From Candidatus Bathyarchaeia archaeon (GTDB lineage Archaea > Thermoproteota > Bathyarchaeia > Bathyarchaeales > Bathycorpusculaceae): 64,000 nt of DNA. The DNA lies in NCBI GenBank assembly GCA_038883775.1, contig JAVZLM010000008.1, positions 62,618 through 126,617 of the forward strand, in the 5' to 3' direction. Position 1 is the stretch's first letter, and each line of letters begins with the position of its first letter. The notes under the pieces were generated by a model. It ran no database searches, was not told where the DNA came from, and saw only the letters and a list, made by a program, of their open reading frames with translations. The position numbers and the translations under genes were made by a program. This document shows, one piece after another, positions 38,163-47,683 of this stretch.

Positions 38163-39239
38163 TTAAAACCGTGATTTTACAATTTTAAGAACCTGTTCAT
38201 AATATTTTGGGCCATAGGTTAATGTTATTTGGTGAAAATTTCCATGATGCGTTTCCACTTTTTCAAGGTTTCCCTCCACATAGATGATTTCGTCCTTCCA
38301 GGCTTGCATCCTAAATTCTTCAAGATAAGAAACAATTCTTTTAACATCGCAATTTTTGGGACCCTTAACGATCTCAAGCACCTCCACCTGATACACTGAA
38401 GGCATAAAAAAGCCGTCTAAGTCATCTTTCACTCGTAAAAAAACTTTAATCCAACCCTCATGCGTTATTTTTGCAAATTCTTCATACTCGTTTTGAATTT
38501 CACCCCATTCCTTTACTGGTTCAAACTCAACCTTTATTGCCCGTCCAGATGCTTTATCGTTGAAAATTCCATAAATTAACTTTCTCTTTTGATGCCATAC
38601 AAACGCTTGAGGATTAAGGTTTCTAAATCGCCAATTCTTTCCTTTAACTGGCTCGTCATTTACAAATTCATTTTCCAGCAGAGAACTTTTATTTCCATAA
38701 AGCTCTTGTAGAACTTCGCGTATTTGCATTACATTTTGCCTTCCATAAACAATTAGATCGATATCAGAGAATTTTGGATGATAAAACCCATGAAGTAACG
38801 ACCCAAAAACCCCAAAATTCTTCGTTGACAAACGGGAGTTTGCAGTTACTGTTTCTAGAACATCTTGTAAAGCTTTCAATAACTCGTCTTTTGGTTTCAT
38901 TGAAATAAGCCTTTCAAGCTCTCTTTCTGGCTTTCTCACTTCTGCAATGTTATGATGTTTGACGCCCACAACTTTCCTGTTAAGAGGCTTGTGGAAAATC
39001 ATGTGTTCTGGAAAATTCCTTTCAACAAACTTCCAGCCTTCATCTTCATAAAATTTGTAGAAAACATGTTTTTCATCTGTTCTATAGGCTTTTGGATTTT
39101 CTGATTTGAAAATTTCTGCTGGAGCATATTCAACATCGCATATATAACCTTCAAGCGGATGTGTGTAACCAAAAACACGGAAGACCAAGCCTTCCCTTGT
39201 TACAATTGCGTCTCGGTCCCTAAGCCTTAAACCGGCCAA
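38163..39239 (-). CDS. Pol-beta-fold nucleotidyltransferase domain protein (COG1665-like)
   Basis: GVFGS...SDIDLIVYG signature. Confidence 0.8.
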   Translation of the reverse strand: MAGLRLRDRDAIVTREGLVFRVFGYTHPLEGYICDVEYAPAEIFKSENPKAYRTDEKHVFYKFYEDEGWKFVERNFPEHMIFHKPLNRKVVGVKHHNIAEVRKPERELERLISMKPKDELLKALQDVLETVTANSRLSTKNFGVFGSLLHGFYHPKFSDIDLIVYGRQNVMQIREVLQELYGNKSSLLENEFVNDEPVKGKNWRFRNLNPQAFVWHQKRKLIYGIFNDKASGRAIKVEFEPVKEWGEIQNEYEEFAKITHEGWIKVFLRVKDDLDGFFMPSVYQVEVLEIVKGPKNCDVKRIVSYLEEFRMQAWKDEIIYVEGNLEKVETHHGNFHQITLTYGPKYYEQVLKIVKSRF

Positions 39240-40252
39240 ATGTGTTCTTCCTCACTTGTACCCGTTCCAATGACAACTTGATGGAAAATTTCACCCGTCT
39301 TAACATTTTCAACGCGTTCCAGTATTCCGGAAACATTAATGGCATTTCCTTTTTTAGCAACATTTCTATAGCATCCAATCATGGATACTACAAGTTTTGG
39401 AATTAACTCCTTTGGAAGCTCTGAAAATGGGTTGGCTGGTTTGTAGTTTTCAATTTTGTATATTGCTGGACGGAACATAGCTTCACTGTCATCTTTAACT
39501 GTGCATTGAAACTTGACGGGGTTTAAGGGCTTATATTTGAACTCTCCATATTTTGTATTAACTTCTTCTGGTTTTCGAACGGCATTATACATGAAAATCT
39601 TGTTTTTGTATCGTCCCTTGTAACGCCTAGCAGCATATAAGCGATTCTTGAACACGTAATTTAAGGCTCCAGTTTTAACAAGTTTGTCTATTGTTTTTTC
39701 TAACTTTCGAAAGTTTTGTGAACCATACACGACTATATCTATGTCCGACTTGGATGAGTGCATGTTTAGGGCTATAGAGCCATGAACGCCAAAATCTTCT
39801 ATGGCAACACTCGACTCGCTTGAAAGCAAACTTATAAAATCTAATGTCATTTTTTGTAAAGTGTCCTTGCTCTTAGCTTTAATTAACAAACGCAGACATT
39901 CTCTGGGAACATAAACCTTCTTAATAGAACTTAAGGGTGCGCTGATAACCTCTTTTTCACGGTAAGGGCAAAAATATACATAACATGGAAAACTTTTCCG
40001 AAAAGCTCCAAGAAACTCCTGATAATTTTTGGCGGTATAAAGTTTTTCAGCTCTAAAAAGCTTCAGCTTTCCGTATTTCCATGATCTTTCCAAAAATTGG
40101 ATGTTAAATAATGGTCTAAATTTGGATGGAATGTATTTTAAAAAGGCAAAAACTCGACTGCTTGGATGTTCATACCCAAAAACATTGAATACAACTCCTT
40201 CTGAAGTCACGAAGGAATCTCCATCGCAAGGAATCCAGTCTTCAATTGTCAT
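39227..40252 (-). CDS. Pol-beta-fold nucleotidyltransferase domain protein (COG1665-like), paralogue
   Basis: GVHGS...SDIDIVVYG signature. Confidence 0.8.
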   Translation of the reverse strand: MTIEDWIPCDGDSFVTSEGVVFNVFGYEHPSSRVFAFLKYIPSKFRPLFNIQFLERSWKYGKLKLFRAEKLYTAKNYQEFLGAFRKSFPCYVYFCPYREKEVISAPLSSIKKVYVPRECLRLLIKAKSKDTLQKMTLDFISLLSSESSVAIEDFGVHGSIALNMHSSKSDIDIVVYGSQNFRKLEKTIDKLVKTGALNYVFKNRLYAARRYKGRYKNKIFMYNAVRKPEEVNTKYGEFKYKPLNPVKFQCTVKDDSEAMFRPAIYKIENYKPANPFSELPKELIPKLVVSMIGCYRNVAKKGNAINVSGILERVENVKTGEIFHQVVIGTGTSEEEHIWPV

Positions 40253-40343
40253 TTCTAGCCACCTTGATAAAATTAGGTGAAAAACCTAAAAATCTATTGA
40301 TTAAGCGTAATATTTTAAAATATGTTAATACAAGCAAAATGGT

Positions 40344-40823
40344 GTGAGCTATGTGAGCGAAGATTTACATCCCTATGTAGTGTTTCTTCCATCTAAGCAA
40401 AAAAGCAAAGTTTTAAGTGCAATTTTTGGTTCAAAAGCAGCCATCGACTTTTTAAAATTTTCACTCAGCCAAGGAATCTCAAATAAAATCTATCAGAAAG
40501 ACCTCATTAGAAAACTTAATTATTCGAATAAGACAATTATCGAAAACTTGAAGTCGCTAACTAACCTTGGAATTTTAGAAGAGGATATGGAGAAAACCAA
40601 GCAAGATGGACGCATTGTATGGGTTAAGTCTTATAGGCTTTCAGATTTGGGGAAATGGTTTGCTTTATTGCTTGCTGAAGAGAAGGATTTAAGTGAGAAG
40701 GAGAAAGCGGAGATACTGCAAAACATTTTTAAAATTTACATTCAATGGGTTAAGGGGCTTTCAGAAAAACTTCACGTAAACAAGAAGGAATTAGAAGAAA
40801 TCTTCAGGGAAGAGATGAAATGA
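40344..40823 (+). CDS. Winged-helix DNA-binding protein
   Basis: YQKDLIRKLNYSNKTIIENLKSL...YRLSDLG. Confidence 0.7.
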   Translation: MSYVSEDLHPYVVFLPSKQKSKVLSAIFGSKAAIDFLKFSLSQGISNKIYQKDLIRKLNYSNKTIIENLKSLTNLGILEEDMEKTKQDGRIVWVKSYRLSDLGKWFALLLAEEKDLSEKEKAEILQNIFKIYIQWVKGLSEKLHVNKKELEEIFREEMK

Positions 40824-41356
40824 AAAAACCATTAGCTATTGCGGTTGTTGGAAGCAAAAGCTCTGGAAAGACAACAACAATAGAAACCCTAACAAGAAAA
40901 TTAACAAAGAAAGGCTATAAAATCGCAGCTATTAAGCATATTCCAGAACCAAACTTCACCATTGACCATGCCGGAAAGGATACTTGGAGATTCGCCCAAT
41001 CCGGAGCAAAAACAATCATAAGCGTATCATCAAATGAAATAGCCATAATAGAAAAAGCGAATATGAAAAATTTTTCGTTGAAAGAAATTCTGAAGAAATG
41101 TAAAGGTCACGACATAATTTTCATTGAAGGATTTAGAAAAATTGTTGGCAAAGACAAGAGCATATACAAAATTGTGGTTACAAAATCTGCCGAGGAAGCA
41201 TCGGAGGCTGTTAAAAATTTTGAGCCTCTGTTGGCTTTTACTGGACCATATTCGACTGAAGCCTTATATCCAAAAATTCCCTATGTGAATTTGATGAAGA
41301 ATCCAGAAAAAATTGCGGAAATTGTGGAAAGAGTTGCCAAGGGATTTTTGCCTTAG
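40820..41356 (+). CDS. mobB: Molybdopterin-guanine dinucleotide biosynthesis protein B
   Basis: GSKSSGKTT, AIKH, GKDTWRF, IEGF. Confidence 0.9.
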   Translation: MKKPLAIAVVGSKSSGKTTTIETLTRKLTKKGYKIAAIKHIPEPNFTIDHAGKDTWRFAQSGAKTIISVSSNEIAIIEKANMKNFSLKEILKKCKGHDIIFIEGFRKIVGKDKSIYKIVVTKSAEEASEAVKNFEPLLAFTGPYSTEALYPKIPYVNLMKNPEKIAEIVERVAKGFLP

Positions 41357-41481
41357 TTTGGTTTGTGGAGGTTTGGAGATTTTGTTTAAGGGGGAGAAAG
41401 GAGTTTTAAAAGAAGAAAGGAAGGGATTTTCTCCAAACCTTTCCACCCAACTTTAAGGCTTTCCTCATTGGCACCTCCCTT

Positions 41482-42648
41482 TTAAAGAGCCTTGAAGGCT
41501 TCAAACCAGCGGTTATAAAGCGCCAGCATATCAAGGGAAACACTTGGCTTTCGCTCTTCCAATATTTGTCTAAAATCATCCATCGTTAAGAATCTCGGCT
41601 TAGCCAACTTATTAGCCGCTTGACCAGACTCAAAGAACTCACCTATAATTTTTAGCTGGGCTGATTGGCAAACATCTCTTATGTCGCTTCCAGAAAAGCC
41701 TTCAGAAATTCTCGCTAACTCGTGAAGGTCAACGTTTGGAGCCAGCTTCAAGTGGCTTGTGTAAAGCTTAAACATCATCAAACGCGTGTGATGGTCTGGA
41801 AGCGGCACCAAAATTCTCTTTTGAAATCTTCGGATGAAAGCCCAGTCCAAATCCCAGGGTTTGTTTGTTGCTCCGATAACGTAAACGTGAAGGTTCTTAC
41901 CCTTATCTATGATGCCGTCGGTTTCTTTCAAAAATTGGTTTCGAACCCGAACTTCCCCGCCAACCTCATTTGAATGACGCCCCATAAGCGAATCCAACTC
42001 ATCAATAAAGACTATGGCGGGTTTTCCTTCAGCAGCTGATTTTCTGGCAGAAGCAAAAAGTTTTGCAACATTCTGTTCAGCTTCACCCAACCATTTAGAC
42101 ATTATAGAGGCTGCATCAATAGAAATGAAAGTTGCATCTATCTCCGTAGCGACAGCCGCAGCCAACAAAGTCTTTCCACAACCAGGCGGACCAAACAAAA
42201 GAATGCCTCTTGGCCAGCCTAAGGGGAAGAGGTCTGGTCTTTGAACTGGGTAAACTATGGCTTCTTTAATTGCCTTCTTTGCATTTTCTAAGCCGATAAC
42301 TTCTTCCCATTTCACGTTTGGTTTTTCAGTAACTATTAATTCCTCATAAGTTGACTTGCCCTGGCTGGTTCTGGCGCCACCTTCAACATTAGCGGCTTCT
42401 TCTTGCGGCGGCATGGGCGCTGCGCCTTGCAAAGCCTTTATTCTTTCTTGATAAGCGATGGCTCTTTGAATATAGACCTTGTTTAAGCTGTATTCAGGAT
42501 ACAATTGTACAAGTTTTAGAAGGCTTTCAATGGCCTTTTGATACATGGTTATTGCCATACCCCGCGAACCTTGCTTATCCAAGCGAACAGCTTCCAAGGC
42601 GTAATTAGTTGCGGCTTTTTCAAGTTCTTGAGAAGCGCTCATTTTCAA
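41482..42648 (-). CDS. cdvC: Vps4-like AAA+ ATPase CdvC
   Basis: N-terminal MIT domain, GPPGCGKT, SKWLGE, FIDELD, ATNKPWDLD. Confidence 0.93.
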   Translation of the reverse strand: MKMSASQELEKAATNYALEAVRLDKQGSRGMAITMYQKAIESLLKLVQLYPEYSLNKVYIQRAIAYQERIKALQGAAPMPPQEEAANVEGGARTSQGKSTYEELIVTEKPNVKWEEVIGLENAKKAIKEAIVYPVQRPDLFPLGWPRGILLFGPPGCGKTLLAAAVATEIDATFISIDAASIMSKWLGEAEQNVAKLFASARKSAAEGKPAIVFIDELDSLMGRHSNEVGGEVRVRNQFLKETDGIIDKGKNLHVYVIGATNKPWDLDWAFIRRFQKRILVPLPDHHTRLMMFKLYTSHLKLAPNVDLHELARISEGFSGSDIRDVCQSAQLKIIGEFFESGQAANKLAKPRFLTMDDFRQILEERKPSVSLDMLALYNRWFEAFKAL

Positions 42649-42654
42649 ACGCTC

Positions 42655-43548
42655 CTATCCGGATTTTAATTCAATTTTTATTTTTCCTTTCGCACCCAAA
42701 CTTTCAAGAGCCTTCTCAATTTCCTCATAAGAGGCTTTCAAATCAGCCGAACAACGTTTTAGATCTATTTCTCCATTACTCTTCTTAACATAATCGAGAA
42801 GAACATCTTCTAATGAGGGTTTTTCAACTTTAAGGGAAATTTCTTGAATTTCAGCTTTCTTAAAAGAAAGAAGGGTTTGGGAAGAATTTCTCTCAGAGTC
42901 CTCAACTGTTTCATGCGCTAATGCCTGCGAACAGTTAGCAGCTAAGGCCACCATTTCTTTCAATGTGGTTTTTTCAGGTTCTGGCGTTTCTAAAGTGGCG
43001 GGCGGTTCAGGGAGCTCCTCACTCAATTTTCGCTCGAGGTAGCTTGAAACTTCTTTTAATATTTCTTCCCCACCGGGTGTTTTCTTACCTACTGGGATTA
43101 GGGTTTCGTCTGCTGTTATTTTTGTTGAATATAATGTTTCGCTTATTGTTTCGTTAACCTTGCTGAGTTCGGATGAGACGTCTGGCAAAACTTCATACAA
43201 CTGTTGTGAAACGCTTTGGAGAATTTTTAAGGCTGGTTTTAAGTCGAAAACTATGTCGCTTAACTCCTTTATCGTTTCAAGTCTGAGGATCACACGTTCT
43301 ATGGCTAACTCCACATTATAAAGAAACTTTATCAACTTCCTAATTTCTGCAATTTCGTTGGCGCAGAGCGCTGCCCTTTCCTTATTCTTATTGTTAAGGG
43401 CGTTTATGCACGTTTGAAAGAGGATTCTATCTCTTTCTTTTAACCTAAAACTTGCCTGTTCAAGCTTATTGCGTTGAACCTTTAAAGTTTGTATTGATTT
43501 TATAACTACTTCACGGAGTGGAGGGCTTTGGCGAATAAATCCTTTAAT
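42655..43548 (-). CDS. cdvB: ESCRT-III protein CdvB with C-terminal winged helix (probable ATT start)
   Basis: Snf7 core homologous to 44328-44990 extends 71 codons upstream of the TTG at 43335; ELPEPP motif; wH tail. Confidence 0.85.
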   Translation of the reverse strand: MKGFIRQSPPLREVVIKSIQTLKVQRNKLEQASFRLKERDRILFQTCINALNNKNKERAALCANEIAEIRKLIKFLYNVELAIERVILRLETIKELSDIVFDLKPALKILQSVSQQLYEVLPDVSSELSKVNETISETLYSTKITADETLIPVGKKTPGGEEILKEVSSYLERKLSEELPEPPATLETPEPEKTTLKEMVALAANCSQALAHETVEDSERNSSQTLLSFKKAEIQEISLKVEKPSLEDVLLDYVKKSNGEIDLKRCSADLKASYEEIEKALESLGAKGKIKIELKSG

Positions 43549-43579
43549 AGCTTTTCCCTCCGCCCGCTACTTTATGCGT

Positions 43580-44311
43580 TTATATGCTTGCCTTTCCCAT
43601 CTCTTTCACGTAAACAATTACAGGCGGCTCAGGAAGTTCTGGAGTGCCGGGCAATGATGTTGAAGCTTCGGTTATTTCTTTGCTTTTCTCTTGTTCTAGT
43701 GGTTTGGGCGTTTCACCCAATAGAATGTTTGTAAGCTTGTTTTTTGTTTGTTCCAAGTCGCTTTTCTTTGCGTTAACTCTTTTCAGGTTTTCTTGTATTA
43801 TGGAAAAGGCCGTTTCATAAGACTGGTCGTCTATCTTTCCAATTTCGTGTTCAAGTTCAAGATGAACCAAAGCGTAGTTAAGTTCCTTAATTTCGTTGAC
43901 GCATTTGGCTATTTCCTTGTCTATCTCTTCTATAAGAGATTGAGCCTCAGTTTTCAGCTGGTTTAATGCGCCATCAAAGTTGCTGTGAAGTTCTTCGTAG
44001 AGTTCTGATGAAATTTTCTTCTTTTCTAAAAGTTCTTTAAGGGCTTGGTTTTTGCGCCATAAGAGGGGGATTTGATCGCATAGAAGGTTTGCTTCTGCTT
44101 TGATGTGAGATATGAGCGTAACATCTGTGCCATCGAATTTTAGGTGTTCCATTGAGTATTTTAGGAATTTTCCGTCGCCCAGCTCTACGAAGACGGCGTC
44201 AAATTTTCCGCTTGGAGTTAAAGCGAAAGAAGCTATTTTGCCTATTGAATATCCATATTCATCTTTAATTTGTTTTCCAAGAGAAAGAAAAGGGTTGGGG
44301 TTTTGCGACAT
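43580..44311 (-). CDS. cdvA: Cell division protein CdvA
   Basis: N-terminal GKQIKDEYG beta-barrel, coiled coil, C-terminal PVIVYV peptide; operon with cdvB and cdvC. Confidence 0.85.
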   Translation of the reverse strand: MSQNPNPFLSLGKQIKDEYGYSIGKIASFALTPSGKFDAVFVELGDGKFLKYSMEHLKFDGTDVTLISHIKAEANLLCDQIPLLWRKNQALKELLEKKKISSELYEELHSNFDGALNQLKTEAQSLIEEIDKEIAKCVNEIKELNYALVHLELEHEIGKIDDQSYETAFSIIQENLKRVNAKKSDLEQTKNKLTNILLGETPKPLEQEKSKEITEASTSLPGTPELPEPPVIVYVKEMGKASI

Positions 44312-44327
44312 GCTTTCTCCCCCGTGT

Positions 44328-44990
44328 TTAAGAGGTTTCTGTTGGCGCCTTTTCGCCTATTGGAGTTGTTGGGATTCCTGGCGGCAGTTCTGGGAACTTT
44401 TCTTTGATTCTTTGTTCTGCGACTGTGGCGGCTTCTGTGAGAATTTTCTGAGCGTCCTCGTTTACTGTGTCAAAGTTTAGGGTCATTCCAGAACTTTGTC
44501 CAGCCTCAATCATTATGCCGCTTAAAATGTTGCCTATTTCGCCAAGTTCAGTTTCTGCTTCTGGGAAAACGCTTGCAAGTCCAGCTCTCACAGACCTTAA
44601 AACGCCCACTGCTGGTCCTAATGTGGATACTACGTCTCCAAGTTCTGATACAGTTCGTAACCTTAATACTATCTGTTCAAGGGCAAGCCTAGCATTCATT
44701 ATCAGTTTTTCCATTTTGCGAATTTCAGCTAACTCATTGGCGAAAACGTTTGCGCGGGCGGTGTCATGCTTTGTGTAGGCGTCAACTATCCTTGCAAATA
44801 TTGCCTTATCTCTTTGGCTGAACCTTTCAGAAGCTTGATCCAACTTTTGAACTTGCAATTCAATGCGTCTTACAGCAAAGTCTAAGCGTGGCTTTAGAGG
44901 ACCTGGTGGTCTCACGGCCTCTTTTATGCGGGTTGTGAAGGGTTGTTCTTCTCTTCTGCTTTCCCATTTTTTACCAAATCTTTCAGACAA
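44328..44990 (-). CDS. ESCRT-III paralogue CdvB1/B2 (Snf7 family)
   Basis: ANELAEIRK...LEQIVLRL...EKFPELP; GGAGGT SD before TTG at 44990. Confidence 0.9.
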   Translation of the reverse strand: MSERFGKKWESRREEQPFTTRIKEAVRPPGPLKPRLDFAVRRIELQVQKLDQASERFSQRDKAIFARIVDAYTKHDTARANVFANELAEIRKMEKLIMNARLALEQIVLRLRTVSELGDVVSTLGPAVGVLRSVRAGLASVFPEAETELGEIGNILSGIMIEAGQSSGMTLNFDTVNEDAQKILTEAATVAEQRIKEKFPELPPGIPTTPIGEKAPTETS

Positions 44991-45058
44991 ATGAATACCT
45001 CCGAAAAGAGAAGGGCGCAAAGAACAATCTTATACATTGTTAATATGTTGAAAACATG

Positions 45059-45072
45059 TACGTATATACGTA
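45059..45072. promoter_or_regulatory. Perfect 14-bp palindrome TACGTATATACGTA upstream of the cdv operon
   Basis: Self-complementary; about 70 bp upstream of the first cdv gene. Confidence 0.45.
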
Positions 45073-45216
45073 GAGCTATATGCCCCGGAAAAAACGGTTT
45101 TGGGCTTTAGTTGGAAAAATAAAAGATGCGATTGCTGGTTTTGGACTAATAGACATAAATGTGTAAGTTAGACTAAAAAGAGGCTTAATTTGAATTCTAA
45201 GCAAAGGTGAAATTAA

Positions 45217-45435
45217 ATGGGTGAAAGGTTAAAGGTTTTCGGATTAGTGGCGCTCTTAGGATTCATGGCGGGAATCATAGCCCAACTCACAGCAGACTAC
45301 GTTATTCCAGCGCTTCTAGAAGTGTTGCCAGTTCTCGTTCAAATAAGATTCTTAGTTTCAGGGTTTGCAGGAGCATGCCTAACGCTGGTCCTAATAAGCA
45401 TTTGGGCTTACATCACTGGACCTACAGAAACATAA
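45217..45435 (+). CDS. Small two-TM membrane protein
   Basis: AGGTGA SD, 72 aa, divergent from the cdv operon. Confidence 0.7.
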   Translation: MGERLKVFGLVALLGFMAGIIAQLTADYVIPALLEVLPVLVQIRFLVSGFAGACLTLVLISIWAYITGPTET

Positions 45436-45596
45436 ATTCACTATTTCCCTTTCTTTACTTACAAATTTTTAGCTTATATGCCATTTTTGGACTCAGGAGC
45501 GGAAAAAGCAATCATCCGCTTTAGGGTCATTGTACCTCGATTACGTCATCGTCCGTAATTGAATTGCTTATCAAAAGTTATTTAGTTTTCGGACAT

Positions 45597-46142
45597 TTAG
45601 GCAATGTATGTTTTTGTTACATCCAAAATTTCCTTGTCAGTTAATGCATAAACCAAGTTTACATCTTTGTTCCATTCTTTAACATACATTAGAGGCTGGT
45701 TAATTATTTTTTCAGTAGGGTCCACGTGAACCCAACAGTTGTTAATGAAAATTTCAACCCAAACGTGATCTCCAGCTGCTTTCTTTGACTTGTCTCTTAG
45801 GGTCGAACAATCTATAACTATGCGGCTTTTATAGCCATTCGCCAATAGCAAACCATTGTATAGTAGTGCGAATTCTCCACATCGCCCTTTAGATTGGCGA
45901 ATTATTTGTATGGGCAATTCGGCACGGGGTTTCGGTAGTTCTTCTCTAGTGTATTTGAGGTATCTATGTTCCCAATCCAACAGCTCTCTCCAATCTAAAT
46001 TTTCGATAGGATCATGTAAAACAGATTTTGTGAAATTAATAAGCTTCGCCCTATATTCGGGTGTTGCCATTTTCGCGTAACGTTTCTGGTAAATTTCCAC
46101 AATCTGCGGATAGCGAGATTGCTTAGTCGAATTGTTTCTCAT
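45597..46142 (-). CDS. Transglutaminase-fold protein resembling the peptide:N-glycanase core
   Basis: Cys-His-Asp triad: GRCGEF, DHVWVE, WVHVDPTE. Confidence 0.8.
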   Translation of the reverse strand: MRNNSTKQSRYPQIVEIYQKRYAKMATPEYRAKLINFTKSVLHDPIENLDWRELLDWEHRYLKYTREELPKPRAELPIQIIRQSKGRCGEFALLYNGLLLANGYKSRIVIDCSTLRDKSKKAAGDHVWVEIFINNCWVHVDPTEKIINQPLMYVKEWNKDVNLVYALTDKEILDVTKTYIA

Positions 46143-46232
46143 TTGTATTCACTCAGAATAGTTTTGCCTATTTTTCTGAAAAGCTTTAGTTTAAAAGTTG
46201 AAACATATCAAATTTGGTATGAGGTTATCATA

Positions 46233-47024
46233 ATGTGTGGCATATTTGGCTTTGCGCTAAATAGGCATGTGCCAATGGTTAAAGTTTTTAGGGTTCTCCA
46301 GAAATTAGAGGCGCATAAATATCCAAATGAGCCTAGACCAGTCGGCGGTTTCGGCGCAGGTGTAGCTATTCTCAAAAAGGGTAGAAGTGTTTTCTTGGAG
46401 AAAATTGGCAAGCCTTGCGATGTTTCACCAGCAAGACGTTTATCTGAAATAGTTAACATTGCAGAGGCTTCGGTTCTAATTGCGCATGTGCGAATGCCAA
46501 GCCCCCAATTTATGGAAACTGCAAAGTTTAAGGAAGCTGCACAACCTTACGTTACGCAATGCCTTGCTGACTCAACCATAATTTCAGCCCATAATGGAAA
46601 TGTAACAAATTATAAGACTATACGGGAAAAACTAGCCGCAAAACACATTTTTGAGTCAGAAAAAATAGAACTAATCGATTCCGAAATTATCCCACATTTA
46701 TTTGAAGAACTTTTGCTTGAAAAAGCCGATCCAAAAAAGGCAATAGAAGTGCTCTTCCAAACTTTGGAAGGGTCAAACACTTTAAGTCTTTTGCAAATAG
46801 GGGCTAATCACTTGTTATTGCATTTTGTTCATAAGGGAAAAACTAGAGGGTTAACAGTTTGGAATAATAATGAGGGAGAAGTTGTTTTCTGTTCTAGAAA
46901 AGAGCCTTTGATGGAGGAGTTTGGCGATGTTCTAGGTGAAGGTGAGTTCAGGGAAGAAGTTTTTATTCATTACGGAGAAGAAGCCAGTTTGAAGATGACA
47001 GTCCCTCTTTCGAGTTTGCTGTAA
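46233..47024 (+). CDS. Class II (Ntn) glutamine amidotransferase-like protein
   Basis: MCGIFG N-terminal Cys, AHVR, AHNG, DSE. Confidence 0.85.
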   Translation: MCGIFGFALNRHVPMVKVFRVLQKLEAHKYPNEPRPVGGFGAGVAILKKGRSVFLEKIGKPCDVSPARRLSEIVNIAEASVLIAHVRMPSPQFMETAKFKEAAQPYVTQCLADSTIISAHNGNVTNYKTIREKLAAKHIFESEKIELIDSEIIPHLFEELLLEKADPKKAIEVLFQTLEGSNTLSLLQIGANHLLLHFVHKGKTRGLTVWNNNEGEVVFCSRKEPLMEEFGDVLGEGEFREEVFIHYGEEASLKMTVPLSSLL

Positions 47025-47066
47025 AACATAATAAGGGGCTTAAACTTAAAATAATTTTGAAAGTCC

Positions 47067-47633
47067 ATGTCCCAATTAAGTAGGCATTTGCAACCAGATG
47101 AGAAGGTTTTATGGAGTGGCAAACCAGTTTTCATACCCTTCATATTTTCCGGACTTATCGTGGTTCCAGTTATTGGAATTGTGTGGCTAATTTTCGCTAT
47201 GTTTTTTGTGTTATCTGCTATTTCGATGAGAGCGCCCATGTTTCCGTTTATACTCTTCAGCTTATTCGTCATTTTGATGGGTCTCGGTATAATTTTGGGT
47301 CCAGTGTTTGTTGAGTTTCTAAGGTATAGAAATACGGAATACATGATTACTAACCAGCGTATCATCGCACAGACAGGAGCTATAGGAATCGACACAAGAT
47401 TCGTTGAACTTAACAGAATTCAAGAAGTATACGTAACTGTCAGCTGGTTGGATAAAATCTATGGAACAGGATCCATTGTGGCTGTCACTGCGGGTTACGT
47501 TCCAGTTGGCGTACCAAGTCCCTATAACCCGCTTGTGCGTCCAGCTTTAAAGGCTATAAGCAACCCTTACGAAGTTCAGAGACTCCTTCAAGAAGCCATA
47601 AGAAGGGCAAGTGGTTCCCGTAACAAGATTTAG
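47067..47633 (+). CDS. Membrane protein with bacterial PH domain
   Basis: DEKVLWSGKP, two TMs, YMITNQRII, GTGSI. Confidence 0.8.
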   Translation: MSQLSRHLQPDEKVLWSGKPVFIPFIFSGLIVVPVIGIVWLIFAMFFVLSAISMRAPMFPFILFSLFVILMGLGIILGPVFVEFLRYRNTEYMITNQRIIAQTGAIGIDTRFVELNRIQEVYVTVSWLDKIYGTGSIVAVTAGYVPVGVPSPYNPLVRPALKAISNPYEVQRLLQEAIRRASGSRNKI

Positions 47634-47683
47634 TAAAGAATAAGTGGAATTTTGCTCACTTTAATCTTTGGCGCTATTGACTA

